Positions 15,965 to 30,900 of a DNA stretch of 64,000 nucleotides are shown here, in pieces. Both the position numbers and the translations under genes were made by a program. This DNA comes from Lingula anatina (lineage: Eukaryota > Animalia > Brachiopoda), in the NCBI GenBank assembly GCA_051362555.1, contig CM120646.1, forward strand, positions 15,128,001 to 15,192,000, read 5' to 3'. The notes under the pieces are model-generated. The model saw only the letters and a list, made by a program, of their open reading frames with translations. It had not been told where the DNA came from and did no database searches. The stretch's first letter is position 1. Every line of letters starts with the position of its first letter.

Positions 15965-18900
15965 CATCAGTCAAAACCTATTATGAGACAATTAAGTACG
16001 AATTGAAATGGACACAAGCATATATGTGCAATTACAAATAACGAATATTAAAAATAATAAGCTGATGCAGGCTAAACCTTATATTATGCATTACAGGTAT
16101 AAACCTGTTCCGATTTCGATACACGCACGCACGCGCGCGCACACACAAACACACATATTCTCCGCCATGCGTTACCTGTATAGAACGTTTTCCTATCGCC
16201 ACCTTGGCTTACGCGCCCTTCTACACTGGACTTTACTTCCGCGACGTACTTGGTCCCTTGATTAAGGTTAATAATTGATCCCGTGACTGCAGGATATTGA
16301 ACCGTGGTCTTTCGCTTTGCTGATGGGTTGTTAGCACGCCAAAATACGATATCATACCTCTTGACCTTTCCCTCAACAGGCGGTCTCCAGGACACGTCGG
16401 CAAAGGTGGAAAACCCTTGCACTTGCACATTACTTACAGCAGGTGGTTCTGAAAAAAATTATGACAAGTGCATGTTGGCAGTAAGTCCTGCGTAAATACT
16501 CAATAAGCCAGTGAAAACAGGGCTACAGCAACCAGAAAGGAGATTCAACGGATGTATTAATTGCGTCTTCATAGTTATTTTAAAAATTAAAATGAACAAT
16601 ATTATTCAGAGATAATTGAGTCGTAATAGATTTATTTGAAATGGCTGTTTAATTTAACTTTTATAATCGTAACAGAAATTGCCAGGACTATGCACATACA
16701 CAACCTGCAACAATGTTAACCACAAGGTTTTTTTCCCTTTTTTTAAACACTTAATGTACAATCCTGGGCTAATAACTAGTCAAGATAAAACAAGCGTAAT
16801 CTGAACAAAACCACGGGTTCCTCTTGCTACCATTCTATCATTACCAAACAGTACAGAATGCTTGACAATAAGTTATTTACCTGTACTAAACAACGCCTCC
16901 TTGAAATCGTTATTCCTCGTTTCTTGAAAGACAGCCTTTACTTGTACCTTGTACTGTGACCCTGGAGTTAAAGGCTTAAGTATTGTTTCTAAGGCTTTAG
17001 AAGACGCTGTCAGGCAGGGTTCAGGTCTGCGAGCGTTCACTTCCCAACAATTGATTTCAAATGTGATGCCGTCATCATCCCTTTTATCTGGATAGGTCCA
17101 ATAAATTTTTGCTATATTCGCTCCTGGGTTGACAGAAATACCCGTGGGAGGCAAAGGGGCTGTAAAATAACCAACAGGCAACGATAACAAAGTAACGATA
17201 TCGCACAAATAAATGCTGTTCACTTATAACGTAAGAAGTACTTTACGCAGATGTATATCAATATGTCCCGCGCTAAATTGCTTTCAGCCCTGGAGGCTTA
17301 GACGTCTGGGATGCCCACTGAGGCTGCTAAACGATAGTTAAACACCCCCTATCAGCCTCAGCAGGCTTGACAGACATCTAAGCCGCCCAAGTTAATTGCA
17401 ATTAAGCGAGAATCCCCTCGGAGATAGTTCGATCCAAAGTTAGTACGATAGGGTCTGGGAATGGTCTGTAAAATACGGACGTGTGTGAAGATTATACCTG
17501 TATTTAAAATGTGAGACCTAATGGCACTTCTCTTTGATCCCTTTATCGTCATGACGTCCATACGGTACCAAGTAGCAGGACGAAGACGAGTGTAGGTTGT
17601 GCAGAGTTCTTCTGTTACTTTTTCTTTTGTTTCATTGGTTGTCAAGTTAGTTAGAGTGACAACCATGTGATCATACTGGCCATCTGGCCTCTCCCATTCG
17701 ATGTTGGCCGTTGAAGTAGATACTTGCGTGTGGAAAACCGTTGCAGGGGGTACAGGCTCTGCGAAAAATGTGGAATCAATTTTATATATTCCATCGGATG
17801 TAATGGCGTTCGGTTTGACTGTTATATACTGTACAATAATATACTGAACAAAAATATAAACGCACGAAACTAAAATGGTCAGTTGAAATGGATAATCATG
17901 AAATATGCCCAGGTTGATGGTTTATTTGTGAACTAATGGGTTTGTTTTGATCAATTATAGTGGTCTGGTTTCACTTGGCCGCTCCCCGTGAGTATACTCA
18001 AAGGTTCAGTTTTTACACCCATAAGACTAATGGAGCATGATGGAGTAGAGGTCAATCTGCAGGACCAATACACAGACACTCTCTACCGCCTAGGCAATAA
18101 AAGGACACACCAAAATGTGTATTTCTGCCACTTGTCAACATGCCACAGATGTCTGGAACCATGAGGGAGCATGCCATCAGCATGCTCAATGCTGGCTTGT
18201 CAGTAACAGAAGTTGCAGCATGCCTGAATGTGCATCATTCGTCTGGGAACACGCTTCAGAGACACTGGTAGCATTAGGAACCACCCTCATGCACCATGTC
18301 GCCCAACAAACACCTGTGGAATGTTCTGGATCTGAGTTTTCATGTTCCAGCTCTCTAGAATGTTCGCCAACTGCGAGTAGCACTCCAGGAGGAATGGGAT
18401 AATATCCCTTAGGCCTCTGTTGACAACTTACTGATGTCCCTGCGCCGCTGGTGTTCTGCTCTGCACAAATTTAATGGTGTCTGTGAACTCAAGATGTTGA
18501 CCCCCATGGTGTATTTGATGCCCTAACTCTTGGACTTTGCATTTTAACTTCCCCTAATGCTCTCAAAGTGATGTCTATTTGTCGATAAAAATATGCTGTT
18601 ATTTTTGGCTATATACTCTAGTTCCATATATATATCTGTCATTCTTTGCTAGTGGTTACAAAATGTTGAATTTGACCGAAAATTTCAAACTCTCTCTGGG
18701 AAGCTGTAATTTTGCGATGTGATAGCTACACCATCACAGTTTATCATTTCATAAAAAGGGAAACAGCAGCTGCCCTTTTTAGGGCACACAGGAGAGTTGA
18801 ACAGCTATACCCACCAAATCCAAGACGCGTTACCCTGGGTAATATATTTTGCACAAACTAATGAAAGTCTAATGGAATGTTTTCAGTTTTAGTTTAAATC

Positions 18901-21900
18901 ATAAGGGGTTGTTGTCTCAATGCTTCAAAACTGGTTTTGAAGAATTTAATCCACATTTCATAATTAATAAAAATGGTGAATATGTGGGTCATGGTAACGT
19001 TATTGACGCGGGTCGAAAACTTTTTATAATCATGTAAATAATAACAATATTTTTGCTATTATCCATACACACTTCATTCATGAGGGGCACACCACTTTCA
19101 CATGCTTTTAAAATGGAATTGACAAACACAGAGGAATAATTCACATATTTTATTTACTGCAACTCTGTCATATGGGACACACACTGAACAAAGTTGATCT
19201 AAAGAATGTTCCAGATTGTAGTTTTTTATCAGAACTATTATTTTTTTATTATTATTTTAACACAATAAAGTTCAGTTAAATACAAAATTTAACAAAATGA
19301 AGTTCAGTGTAACACAATGTTCATAATTATAACATTCTTCCTGACATATGTAGACCAATGGTGATATCTGTTCTGTGCTCACTAAGGCATCCACTCTTGG
19401 GATTCTGAAAAAAAATCACACAAAGAATCTGTTAACTCTGATAACGAACAATGGATAACCTAAGATCACAAATAGTTTATTGCTTATTCAAACAAAGTAC
19501 AGTGCATTATGAGTGGCAAACACGCATTACTGAGACACATTTTCTTCACCCATTTTCGGTGCTTCATTGCGTAACGTAAGTGTTGCTAGTAATCCATTAT
19601 TGCTGTTTTTACAGACGGTTAAATTTTAAACGCACGGAATACAGTGTAGCAGCTTAATTTAAGACAAAACTAAAAAAAAGTAATTCAATTTCGATGATTG
19701 AGTTTTCGAGAACAAGAGAACATGAATACGGTATCACCGCGTCACCATGTTCAATATGACCTTCAGTCCCCCATGTGAAACAGACGCAAAACGAAAGTTC
19801 AGACGAAGTCACCCTACTTATAGAATGGTAAAAATCAATCGGTACACAAATATGTTGAAACAATTGAAGAAAAATGAAACGAAACTCATTATTTCTCACC
19901 TTCATACAAAAAAGATCCCAATAAACAATCCTGTGACGGTTAAATCGAGGGAATTACACCTGTGCCCTGCATCCTATCTCGACAGCGTCATTGCGTTATG
20001 CGTTATCAGAATGGGCCACCCGCCAGTTTGAGCTGGTTTTTTTAGTGTGCAAAAGAAGCCATTCGTGTGTAAGACGTCATCAGTTAGTGAGTATGGAAGA
20101 AGATCGCTATCGATGTATAATTTTCACGCGGCATTTTAAAGTCGTCTGATAAAAATCGATCTCTGAAGTTTCAGCGTTGCGAACGTTATATTGGGACGCG
20201 GTGAAGAAAAATCGACCTTGCTGAGCAATAAATGTGAAATTCTTAAGAAAACTGATATTATCTTGGATTTCGTGACACAAACTAACCGACATACTACTTT
20301 GGACGATTGAACAGTTTTAATACGGAAAGATAGGATTAGATGAAATTTTCATCGGGGTGGGACACCGCATGTATCGTAAGTTAAGCTAATTTTGTGATCA
20401 TTTTTCAGTGACTTCAAATAAATTTTTATTTAAATAACAATTTGCACATTCTGTTTATTATATCTTCTTGCAGTAGATGTATTTCCTGCTTCAATAATCC
20501 ATTCAAACCCTAAACAAACTGTTCTTAAATAGAGGTAGGGTCAAAATTCCACAAAAAAGGACGCCATTTTGAGGGTTATTTCGATATATTTTCTGCTTTT
20601 TCTATTTTTTTGCTTTTATAACAACATCCTCCTTGCTCATGCAGCTTCTTTGATTTGTTATTGAAACATACACAACGATGTCATGAGAATTTGGTTGGCT
20701 ATCTAAATTTAAATAACATTCTCGTTATGGCCCCCCTGCAGTGCACCACTAGCAAAGAATGACTGATATATGAAAACAAATCTACATATTCTTTCGTGCG
20801 TTTATATTTTTGTTCAGTATATATTTATTTACTTAATGTTACGGCAAATGTGAGATGTTGATTTTAACATGCCTGTAATTTGTATTTCATGCTCGCCTTC
20901 TGTTTTTTAATTTTGTCACCTGTGTCACGTGGTGACAGTTTAGGTAGGATGTCTCTCAGAGCCGTCTCACTGATGTGGTAGTTGGAATTCAAACCACATG
21001 GCTTGAAGTTCAATCAAGTCATGCCTGGCCTCTTTTACAGAACCTATATTTCTCTTTGTCGATCGAGGATCATAATGCTTTTGTTATCAAAAGCAGTTTT
21101 GTAGACGGGTATAAACGGCAGAATAATTAGCGTCACCAAGACTTACCAGTGATAATATCATTCGGACCACTTGTGTTTGATTTGTCTCCACAGTGGAAAG
21201 TGACTTCTGATCTATATGAAGAGCCTGGTCGGACATTATGAATGCTGGCGGTAGTCGCAGATACATCAGTTATAACAGGCAACTGTGAAGTTTTTGTACT
21301 ATCTCCCTTAAGCCAATATTTTATCGTGATTTTGTCCACACCTGGTTCATTTACCTTGACCCATTTCACTGTCAATTCAGTCGCTGATGCTTCGTACCTA
21401 ACGGTTGGTTTTGATGGTACTGAAATCAAGGTTCAATATACACATGTGGCTACATTCAATCATTTGTGTATTAGGTGATTCGTGTTAGGACTAAAGCAAT
21501 AATGAGACGTTAAATCCAGTTTCATTTTCACATAGCATTAGCGAAACGTCGGCTTTTAACAGATTTATGAAATGTTGAACCTGGACTCAATTTAACAGAC
21601 ATAAGCACTGGGCACGTGTTTGAATTGTTTACTATTGTATAACGTTTTTATGTTTTCATAGCCCATAATAAGTTGTTTACCTGTATGTATCGCCAGCTTT
21701 ACTGGTTCACTCTTGACCTCAAAGTCCGTCTGGAAATAACTGACACTTTGCACCACCACATCATAAACACATCCAGGCTGCCATTCCATCAAACTCATCC
21801 TCTCGGTTGAAATCTTTGTTTTGCTTTCATGGTGCCTGACTTGGTATTCCTCATCCTCGCGGCATTTATAAAGAATTTTATAGCAATCCTTTCTACCATT

Positions 21901-24900
21901 ACATGTGAACTGTAATACAAGGGTTTTGCTGGATAGATCACTTTCAATGCTCGGTTTTTCAGGTTCTAGAAAAGATAAGGAAATAAATGACCATATATAC
22001 CCATGTTTACCATGTTTTATTACCAAAGAAATCTAAATAAGATGTTCATTGCAAGTTTAACAAATGTGACATACTTGTCGCAACTTCGATGGTATCGCCT
22101 ATCTCGTCTCTTGCACCATCTACCTCAGCGCATACTCTAAAGCGGTACTTCAATCCTGGCTGAAGGTCATCCAGTGTTTTCAAAAAACCTTTTACTATAT
22201 CCTTTTTTTCACCACCGGACCACCATCGTGCGATATAGCCCATGTCTTCATCTACTGGTTGGTGATATAATGCGTAGTGTTTCACTTTTCCGCCAGGAGG
22301 ATTCCAGTGAAGAAAGATTGAATTTGTTGTCACCACTAATCCTTCGTGTACAAATTCCGGGTTGCCAGGTGCTAGAAATTACATCAGACATTGTCCTTAT
22401 ATCAAAACTGAAGAAAACACAAGTATATGTGTGGATAAAATGTACATATCTTGACCTTTCTTCAATGTGTTAAGACTTGGACATAATAAGAGAAGGTTCC
22501 TTTTTATTTCCAAGGTTAAGACGAGGAAAGTGTGGCATACCCATCTGTCGTGAATATTTAGATAATGTCAAAGAAGAAAATATGTGACCCATTAACCTTT
22601 TCACTGAAAAACTGGTACTAACCTATCGTAATTTTTTTTGAAATCTCCTTGCTTGTTTTTTCATTGCTGACTGCCACAACACTGAAAACACAGGTTTCTC
22701 CCTTCTCAATAGTGTGCACGTTATATATGCAGGTCGTTGTGTGGAATGTTTTAATGTCAGCTCCCATTGCGACTTTGATGTCATATCTACCAATATCACC
22801 GTCTGGTTTTTCCCAGGTAAGTCTGTTGGATGACGAATCCCACATTAGACCGTGGACTGGTTCTGGATCTATGAAGAAAGAAAAACGGGGATGGGTACAT
22901 TACGTACTATGTTAGCCTCTATGAATGTAAAATTCCATCGTTTACACATTTCTGCCCATTGGTATGACGATAAAGATATGTTTTCAAGATGTTTAGTCCA
23001 ATCATTTATCCAGTGAACCCCGCAATTGCTCGTGTGGTTTTACAATGTTGCATAACTGACACCACAGTGGATCAACAGCAGGCGATCACTAGTTTACAAA
23101 GACGTGCAGCAAATCGCTACATTTAGAATAGAAAAAAAAAAATACAAAAAAAATGGAAAACTGGTTTTAGCTGTAGACAATAACGTGTGTCCAATTAGAA
23201 ACAAAATAAACCCGCAGTCATAATCTTGCTGATGAAATAGGTCCATTTGCAAAAGTAAATAAACAGATAAATAAAATAAATTTTAAAAAAGTCTTGCGTA
23301 CTTGTTGCTCCTGTGCAAAACACCTCTTTGCTTGTAGAGTGGCCTACTTTGTCTTTCCATCCAGTTACTTGCAGAGAGAATTCGTACTTTCTGCCAGGGA
23401 CTAACCCAGTAACTTTCAGACTTTGATCTTTAACCACCCTATCATTGTGGTATTCTTCGGAGGTTCCGAAACGACGATATTTCACCGTATATGACAAAGA
23501 ACCGGCTGTGATAGATTCCGGTGCATCCCACTTCAAATGTATCGAGCGTGTGGGTAATTCGCTTTGGATCTGTCGGAAATTTTTAGGACATGGAAGATCT
23601 GAAATTAAAATTAACGTCCATTTCCCTGCTATATAACAGTTCACTTAAAAAATTAAATATATATACATATGTGTGTACATAGTTTATTGTCCTGACTTAT
23701 TTATTCCAGAGAAACACCTAAAATACATCATGTCATACCAAAATATTATTATGGTTCTAGTTAACGTGTGTGCAATAATTCAGCTTTAATAATGTTAGTC
23801 AACCGCCATTGCTGTACATGGTTTTAAAACTTGTTTGAAGAAAAACTGTTCCTACCTGTGGCTTCCACAACCTGAGAAGGGTCGCCTCTTATGCCATTGC
23901 TTATAGCATACACTTTATAGTTATATAGTACACCAGGCGATATGTTATCAATGATACAATTTGGAGTACTTGTTTTTAGTAGTTGTCTTGTGGTTCGGTC
24001 CTCTCTTTCGTATTCTATTTCATATTCACTGACATTGCCTTCACTAGCACCCCAAGACAGAGAAATTGATTCTGCTGTAGTCGACTCTTCTTTTGTCACT
24101 TTCCCAGGTTTACCCGGCTCTGGATAAAAAAATAATATAAAACATCACTGATCCAATACAATATTCCAAATTACTATATGCATACTATACATGTTTATAT
24201 ACACATACGTGCCTGTGTATCGGAATATCTACAAAATAATAAAAATATTCAGTAGCCCCTGATTGAAAGTAAATTATATGTACATGTCAACATTAAAATA
24301 CAGTATAAATACTCCAGAATTACTATTACATTATGTCTCTCAAAATCACTGAGGGTAACTTTTATGTAAACATTGTGTTGTTTCATGCGATGTATACAAT
24401 ATACTAAAGGTAAAACAACAATGCTCACTTGTTGCCTGTGTCAGCTGTTGTGGCTGGCTAAGATAACCGTGAGTTATCGCAAAAATTCGGATTTCATAAT
24501 TTGTGCCAGGATCAAGCTTTTCTACATTGCACTTGCTTTGTACAGTTTCGATTTGTTCATATCTTGCATTGCGTGATTGTTCTTCATCGTAGTCGAGTAT
24601 TTCTAGATTTTCTTCTGACGTCGGCTCATCGCTGGCACTTCCCTGTAGAAGTTTTTTTGTCTGCGTTTCTGTATTACTGTCGTCTTGGCTGTCGGTGGAA
24701 GTTACTTGGACATTTCTATACATAATAGAATATTTATGGACAGCTCCTGCAGCTGGCATCCACTGGAAGTATAAATCTTTGGTACCTGCTACAATGGTGC
24801 CTGGTACAATGGTGCCGGGCATTGCGGGGGCTGTCAAGTAGGAAAATTATGAATGCGTTAAGAGGAATTAAACTCTGAACATATACTTAAAAGTGCACTG

Positions 24901-27900
24901 TACTTTACCTTTACCATGAGGTTAACTAACAACAGAACTTTTTAGGATACTATTTTAATGAGCCACGTGTAATAAGGTAAAACTAAAAAAGAATCGCACT
25001 GTCCTGAGGAGACTATGAAGAATAGTGCCCTGTGAGAGGAAATGGGATCCCGACGTGAAGCGGATTTTTTTCACTGATCACTATTCTTCATAGACCCCGA
25101 GGTACTTTGCACTATTTGCTTTACTCTACCGGTTGTCCTCCAAGGTACCGTATGAAGAAAGGTAACTTTCACCTTTGAATAGCTAAACTTACATATCTAG
25201 ATCTACATCTACAAATCTACTTCCCTTCAAATCATCATACATGTCATACACGCCCCATATCCCATTGTTACGAAATGCCGCAACCAGTCGTTCAAGGAAA
25301 TCTTTCTAAACAGTCCGTGATAACTGATCAATTAGAGCTTTAGAATTAACTTCAGCTAATAGTCCACGGTAATTGTGCATGGTCATATGACCAATAGATC
25401 CCTTGTACAAACCACAAGATCATTATTTGAAATAGCCCGTGGTGACTGACCAATCAGTAGCCTGTAAGTCTACACGAGATATAATAATCCACAATATTAA
25501 CAAGACATTAATAATTACAGATACAACTCAGATCTGACATAGTGAATATGACTGAAAAACTGAATGATTTACGTTATCGCCACGTGATGTTACAGGCGAG
25601 GTCGATGCGGGGCAATTTAATTTTCACCTGAATTAAGGATGAAAACAACGAATTACCGGAGAATTTATTACAGAATTTCCTCAAAAAAGAGATGCGGTTT
25701 AACGAGGGCATAAACTTTGATCGAGTGCACAGGATAGGAAAGATAATAAATGGTAGACATCGACCGATAGTAGCAAAATTTTCGTCCTTTCGAGATCGGG
25801 AGATGGCGAGGAAAGCCGCGCAGCGCACTTTAGTTGGCAAACCCTTTGTAGTAAACGAACAATTTCCGAAGGAGATCAATGAAAAGAGAAAGCTTTTGAT
25901 GCCCCATTTGAGAGCAGCAAAAAGGGGTGGAAAGAAGGCTGTTTTGGTGGTGGATAAATTATTCAATGACGATCGTGAGTTTATCCCCCCGACATGCATC
26001 AGAGCACGGCACGTGGAACTAGTACTACTCAGCAAGATGTGATTCATGCCACGGGTCAACAACGCGCTCGCAGCCTGTCAGACCGTGCCGAGAGAGGAAG
26101 ACGAGGGAGACCTCGCTAGGCGATCTTGCAGTACACCCGTCACATGGAATATTAATAGAGCTAACAACTTGAAATGGTAGAAATTATCAGAGTAAACTGT
26201 CAAGGTATGGGGAGTTTTGAGAAGATAAAAGACGTCTTTCAATATTTACGAAACTTGAAATGTAATATCATTTGTTTACAGGATACACATTTTACTTATA
26301 AAAAAGAAGTTCAGATAAGGAATGAATCAGTTCTTATACTTCAAACGCTCGAGGCGTAGCAATTCTACTACAAAATAACATAAATTTTAAATTGCTACAG
26401 GAATTCAAGGACGAATCCGGGAATAAACTTATTCTGTAATTTGACGTTGATGATAAAATAGTAACATTTGCAAATATCTATGGTCCTAACACTGAAAGCC
26501 CCCCATTCTTTGAAAACCTTCTCAAAAAGATCGATGAAATGGACAGTGAATTCCAAATAATCTGTGGAGATTTTAACCTGGTTCTGAATCCAGATACTGA
26601 TTACTATAACTATTCACGGATAAATAACCCAAAGGCAAGATTAAGTGTTTTAAATATGATAAAAGAAAACGGCTATGTAGACCCATATAGAGAACTATGG
26701 CAATGTGTCTAATATCACTTGGCGAAAAACAGGCCTACCCAACTACCAGACTCGGCACCTAAGGATCCTGAATTAACCGGTATATCGGACAACGCTACCC
26801 GTTTTCAAGGTGTGTGTCAGATCGCATTTCGGAGTATCATACCCCAGAAATAATTTTGTAGCACGACTGCGGGCTCATCCACGCTCGGCTGAACAACCTT
26901 TAACTGTACTCTTTACTTTAGAGTACTCTATTTTATTGTCTCTATGGGGATATATGGGGACTTTACGACATTCGGTTTGAATGTTTTAACCACTTTTGAT
27001 AGGGCTTTTTTGCATTGTATTAGATTAATGTGGTAGTCTAAGGTGCATCTAGGTGGCTTTCAAATTTATGCACCCGGTTTTAAAATCATATAGCGATTTT
27101 ACGACAATCGTTTACTATCCAATCAAGGTGACAGCCGAGCATGCCAGGGCTCATCCTGTCGGTGTTCTGGCTGATACTCCGAAATGCGATCTGACACACA
27201 CCTTGAAAACTTCAAGTAAAATTTGACAGTTTTAAGAGAGGAAGAGGACTTTGGAAATTTAATAATTCCCTCCTATATGACATGACCTATGTCGAAAAAA
27301 TTAATGAATCCATACGAGATTTTAAAAAAGAATATTGCATTCCTATATATAATCTTGAAAATATTGGCAACATTCCTGACCAGGAATTGCAGTTTATGGT
27401 GAATGATCAGATGTTTCTAGAAATTTTGCTTTTACGTTTAAGAGGCACGACTATTTCGTATGCATGTTTTAAAAAGAAAAAAAATACAAGAGGTAGAAAA
27501 AGGGCTTATGAAAGAAATAGAACAATTAACAGAAGATTATGAAAATTGTGATGCCCGTCTTCAACTAGAATTAGAAAGGAAAAAACAACAGTTAGTTGAG
27601 ATTAGAAGTGCAAGGTTAAAAGGTAGTATTATTAGATCGCGCGGGAAATGGTTGACTGAGGGGGAAAAACCAACAAAATATTTTTTTAGCTTTGAAAAAA
27701 GTTTTACAGAAAAAATTATTCCCCGACTATAGGTTGGTGATATATTACTGAACAGAATGAAATCTTAAAAGAAACAAAAAAGTTTTACGAAAAATTGTAC
27801 TCAGAAAATACACAGTGTGCTGATATTGACTGGCAAACAAATTTAAAAGATTTTAATGTACCAAAACTGACTACAGATGAGAGGGAAAGCCTAGAAGGCC

Positions 27901-30900
27901 CAATAACTAATGTTGAAGCCAAGATATTCCTCACAAAAATAAGAAATGATAAAAGTCCAGGCTCGGACGGATTTACTGTGGAATTCTTAAAGTTTTTTTG
28001 GGCGAAAGTAGGGACCTTTGTCATACGATCTTTAAATTATGGTCTTACACATGGGCAGCTCTCTGTCACCCAAAGGGAGGGAATCATAACATGCATCCCG
28101 AAGGAGGATAGACCAAAACAATTTTTAAAAAATTGGCGCCCTATTACACTACTGAATACCGTTTACAAGATTTTCTCAGGTGTCGTATCAAGTAGAATAA
28201 AAACGATATTGGGTAAACTGATAAGTTAAGAACAGATTGGTTTCTTAAAAGGGAGATACATAGGGGAAAATACTCGTTCAATCTATGATCTCATGCAATA
28301 TACTGAGGAAAATCATATACCTGGAATATTACTTCTAATAGATATTGAGAAAGCATTCGATAGTATATCTTGGAACTTTCTAAATCAAGTTCTTATATTT
28401 TTTAATTTCTGTCCAGACATAATAAATTACATTAAAACTTTTTATAAAAATATTACTTCAAGAGTAAATCAAGGAGGTCATTTATCCGAAATGTTTCAAC
28501 CACAGCGTGGCCCGAGACAAGGTGATCCGATATCACCATATTTATTTTTGTTATGCTCTGAAATTCTTTCAGTAAGCATAAAGAATAACCCTCAAATTAA
28601 AGGAATACAAATTGAGGAAAACGAATACAAGATATCGCAATATGCAGATGACACGTCCATAATTTCGGGTTTAAAAATAAACTATGACAAAACTCAGGTT
28701 ATTTGGATAGGGAGAAAAAATTCAAATGAGAAACTGTGCAAAAATTGGACTTTAATATGGGGTGCAACGTCTTTTAAATCATTAGGTATTAAATTCTATG
28801 TTGAACTAGATACTATATGTGAAAGGAATTATCGGGAAAAAATTGAAAGTACTGAAGGATAACTTAAACTATGGGAAAGACGAATTTTGACCCCCGTCGG
28901 CAGAATTACAGTAATTATCTCATAATATCGAAATTTAACCATCTTTTTATTTCACTGCCTAACCCATCTAACCAAATAATTAAGGAGCTAAAAAAGCTAA
29001 TCTTTGGATTTCTTTGGAAAGGTTAGCCGGATAAAGTAAAAAGGGAAATAGTATGTGAAAAATAAAAGATGGAGGACTAAATATGATAAACGTAGAAGCT
29101 TCAATAATGGCATTAAAATTAACTTGGGTGAGACGGTTGATAAATACGGAGGGTATTTGGCAAAATATCCTTTTGCATAGATATAAATTAGATGCTAAAC
29201 TGTGGTTATGAACATTTGCGCTTCTGTCAAACAGACACACAGAATTTATTTTGGAAGGATGTTTTTTAGCTTGGCGGGAATTGTTGAAAAAAAAAAGAAC
29301 AAATGACCGAGTTGAATAAAGTCCCATTATGGTACAATAACTCTCTGAGTGTAAATAAAGAGACGCTGTTCCATAAAGAGATGTATGACAAAGGATATAG
29401 ACAAGTGAACGATTTTTACAATACAATGGTATTATTGCGACAATAAATAATATGTACAGAAAAAATGACAATCCGCATAAAATCAAAATGTACGGTCCGT
29501 GGCAACCAGAAAGTATACGGGTTATTGTTACACATACAAGGGGCTCAAAAGAAATGTTCGACATATTAAATAGCTCGAATACTATGGGTGCTTTCCCAGA
29601 GAGTTAGATCGATCTAAAGATTAAGTTTTAGATCGACCTAACTCCCTGGGGGTTCACGCTAAATTGCAGTCAGCCGAGCGGACACCATAGTTAATTACCC
29701 CCTTACAGCTTTTAGTAGGCGGGACAGACGCTTAAGCCGACCAAGCTGACAGTAATCTAGTGAGACTGCTCACAGGGATAGATCGATCTAAAAATCTATG
29801 GAAATGGGGTGTAAGCCTATTTTTGAGGAAAAATGGTCAAATATTTTTACTTCTCGGGATCATAATTTTTGGGAAAAATTATATAAGAAAACCAATATTG
29901 TCAGTAAAGGACACAAAAATGCTGTGGTTCCAGTTTCGAATCTTCTATAGAATCCTCACCACAAATAACTTTGTGTATAAAACTGGCCTATCTCAATCAC
30001 CTATGTGTACATTTTGCCATGAGGAGGTAGAAACTATATACCATATACTTTGGGATTGTGTTATTGTACAAAAGTTCTTACGCCAAGTAGAAGCATGGTT
30101 AATTTCTTGTAATATATATTTAAATTTCAGTAACATACAGTTTATTTTAATTGACATTAATGAACGTAATGTATCCAATATAATTATGACTATACACATT
30201 AAGTTTTTAACATACAAAACAAAATGTCAGAAAGACGCACTGTCACTCACAAAACTTCAACGTTATTTAGAAAATATTTACAAAATCTATAAGCAAAAAT
30301 ACATTGTATCTCAAGACGTAGAAAAATTCAATGTTATATGGCAGAAATGGATAGGTATATATGGATTTGTGTAGTTGCATGTATACAAATTATTGACTGT
30401 AATTTTTTATTAGTTAAATCCTTGTGGACTTTGTTATTGTAATGAGTATTGTGTGCTTGTAAAATTTATCATGTACTTGCTTTTTTCTATTGCAATAATA
30501 ATAATAATAATAATTATAGATACCTGTAAAAGCAACACACGTGGCACATTCACTCTTTTGTCCATTGCTTAAAATAGCTGAAATGCTGCAGTTGTACTCA
30601 GTCCCAGGCCCTAACCCAACTATTTTGGCAGTCCTTCGGCTGCACTCGACATTCACGGGACTACGCCCAACCCCCTGGGCGTCATAGATTACTTCAAAGT
30701 GATCAATGTATTCTTGTGGCATTTCCCATTTCAGCTTAACTGATGTTGCCTGCCTTTTCTTGTTCACCTGTGACCATATCTGTTTGAAGTTTGTTGGCGC
30801 TGACGGATCTAAAGAGATAAACGTGCATCAATGGCCAGGATAGGATATGCATTCCGACATGATAGACTGTCACAGTGAATATACAGTTTTTTTCTTAAGA

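Larger units (their letters stand above)
12757..17433 (+). repeat. Tandem segmental duplication (12757-15403 and 15427-17433; the second copy lacks ~610 bp)
   Basis: Identical ORF pairs in the track, shared introns, and a shared MITE segment (15240-15403 / 17267-17432). Confidence 0.92.
25545..30513 (+). mobile_element. L1/Tx1-clade LINE, decayed (ORF1 C-terminus, APE endonuclease, RT, C-terminal Cys motif), antisense in an intron
   Basis: ORF1: RSMRGNLIF, DRVHRIG..RPIVAKF. EN: NCQG, CLQDTH, CGDFN. RT: KSPGSDG, KNWRPITLLN, DIEKAFD, RQGDPISPYLF, QYADD. CTFC..ETIYHILWDC. (AAT)n tail at 30494-30513. Many frameshifts and stops. Confidence 0.9.

Noticed and set aside
20925-21090. Possible tRNA-derived SINE remnant
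   Set aside because: Too degenerate, and single-copy in this window.
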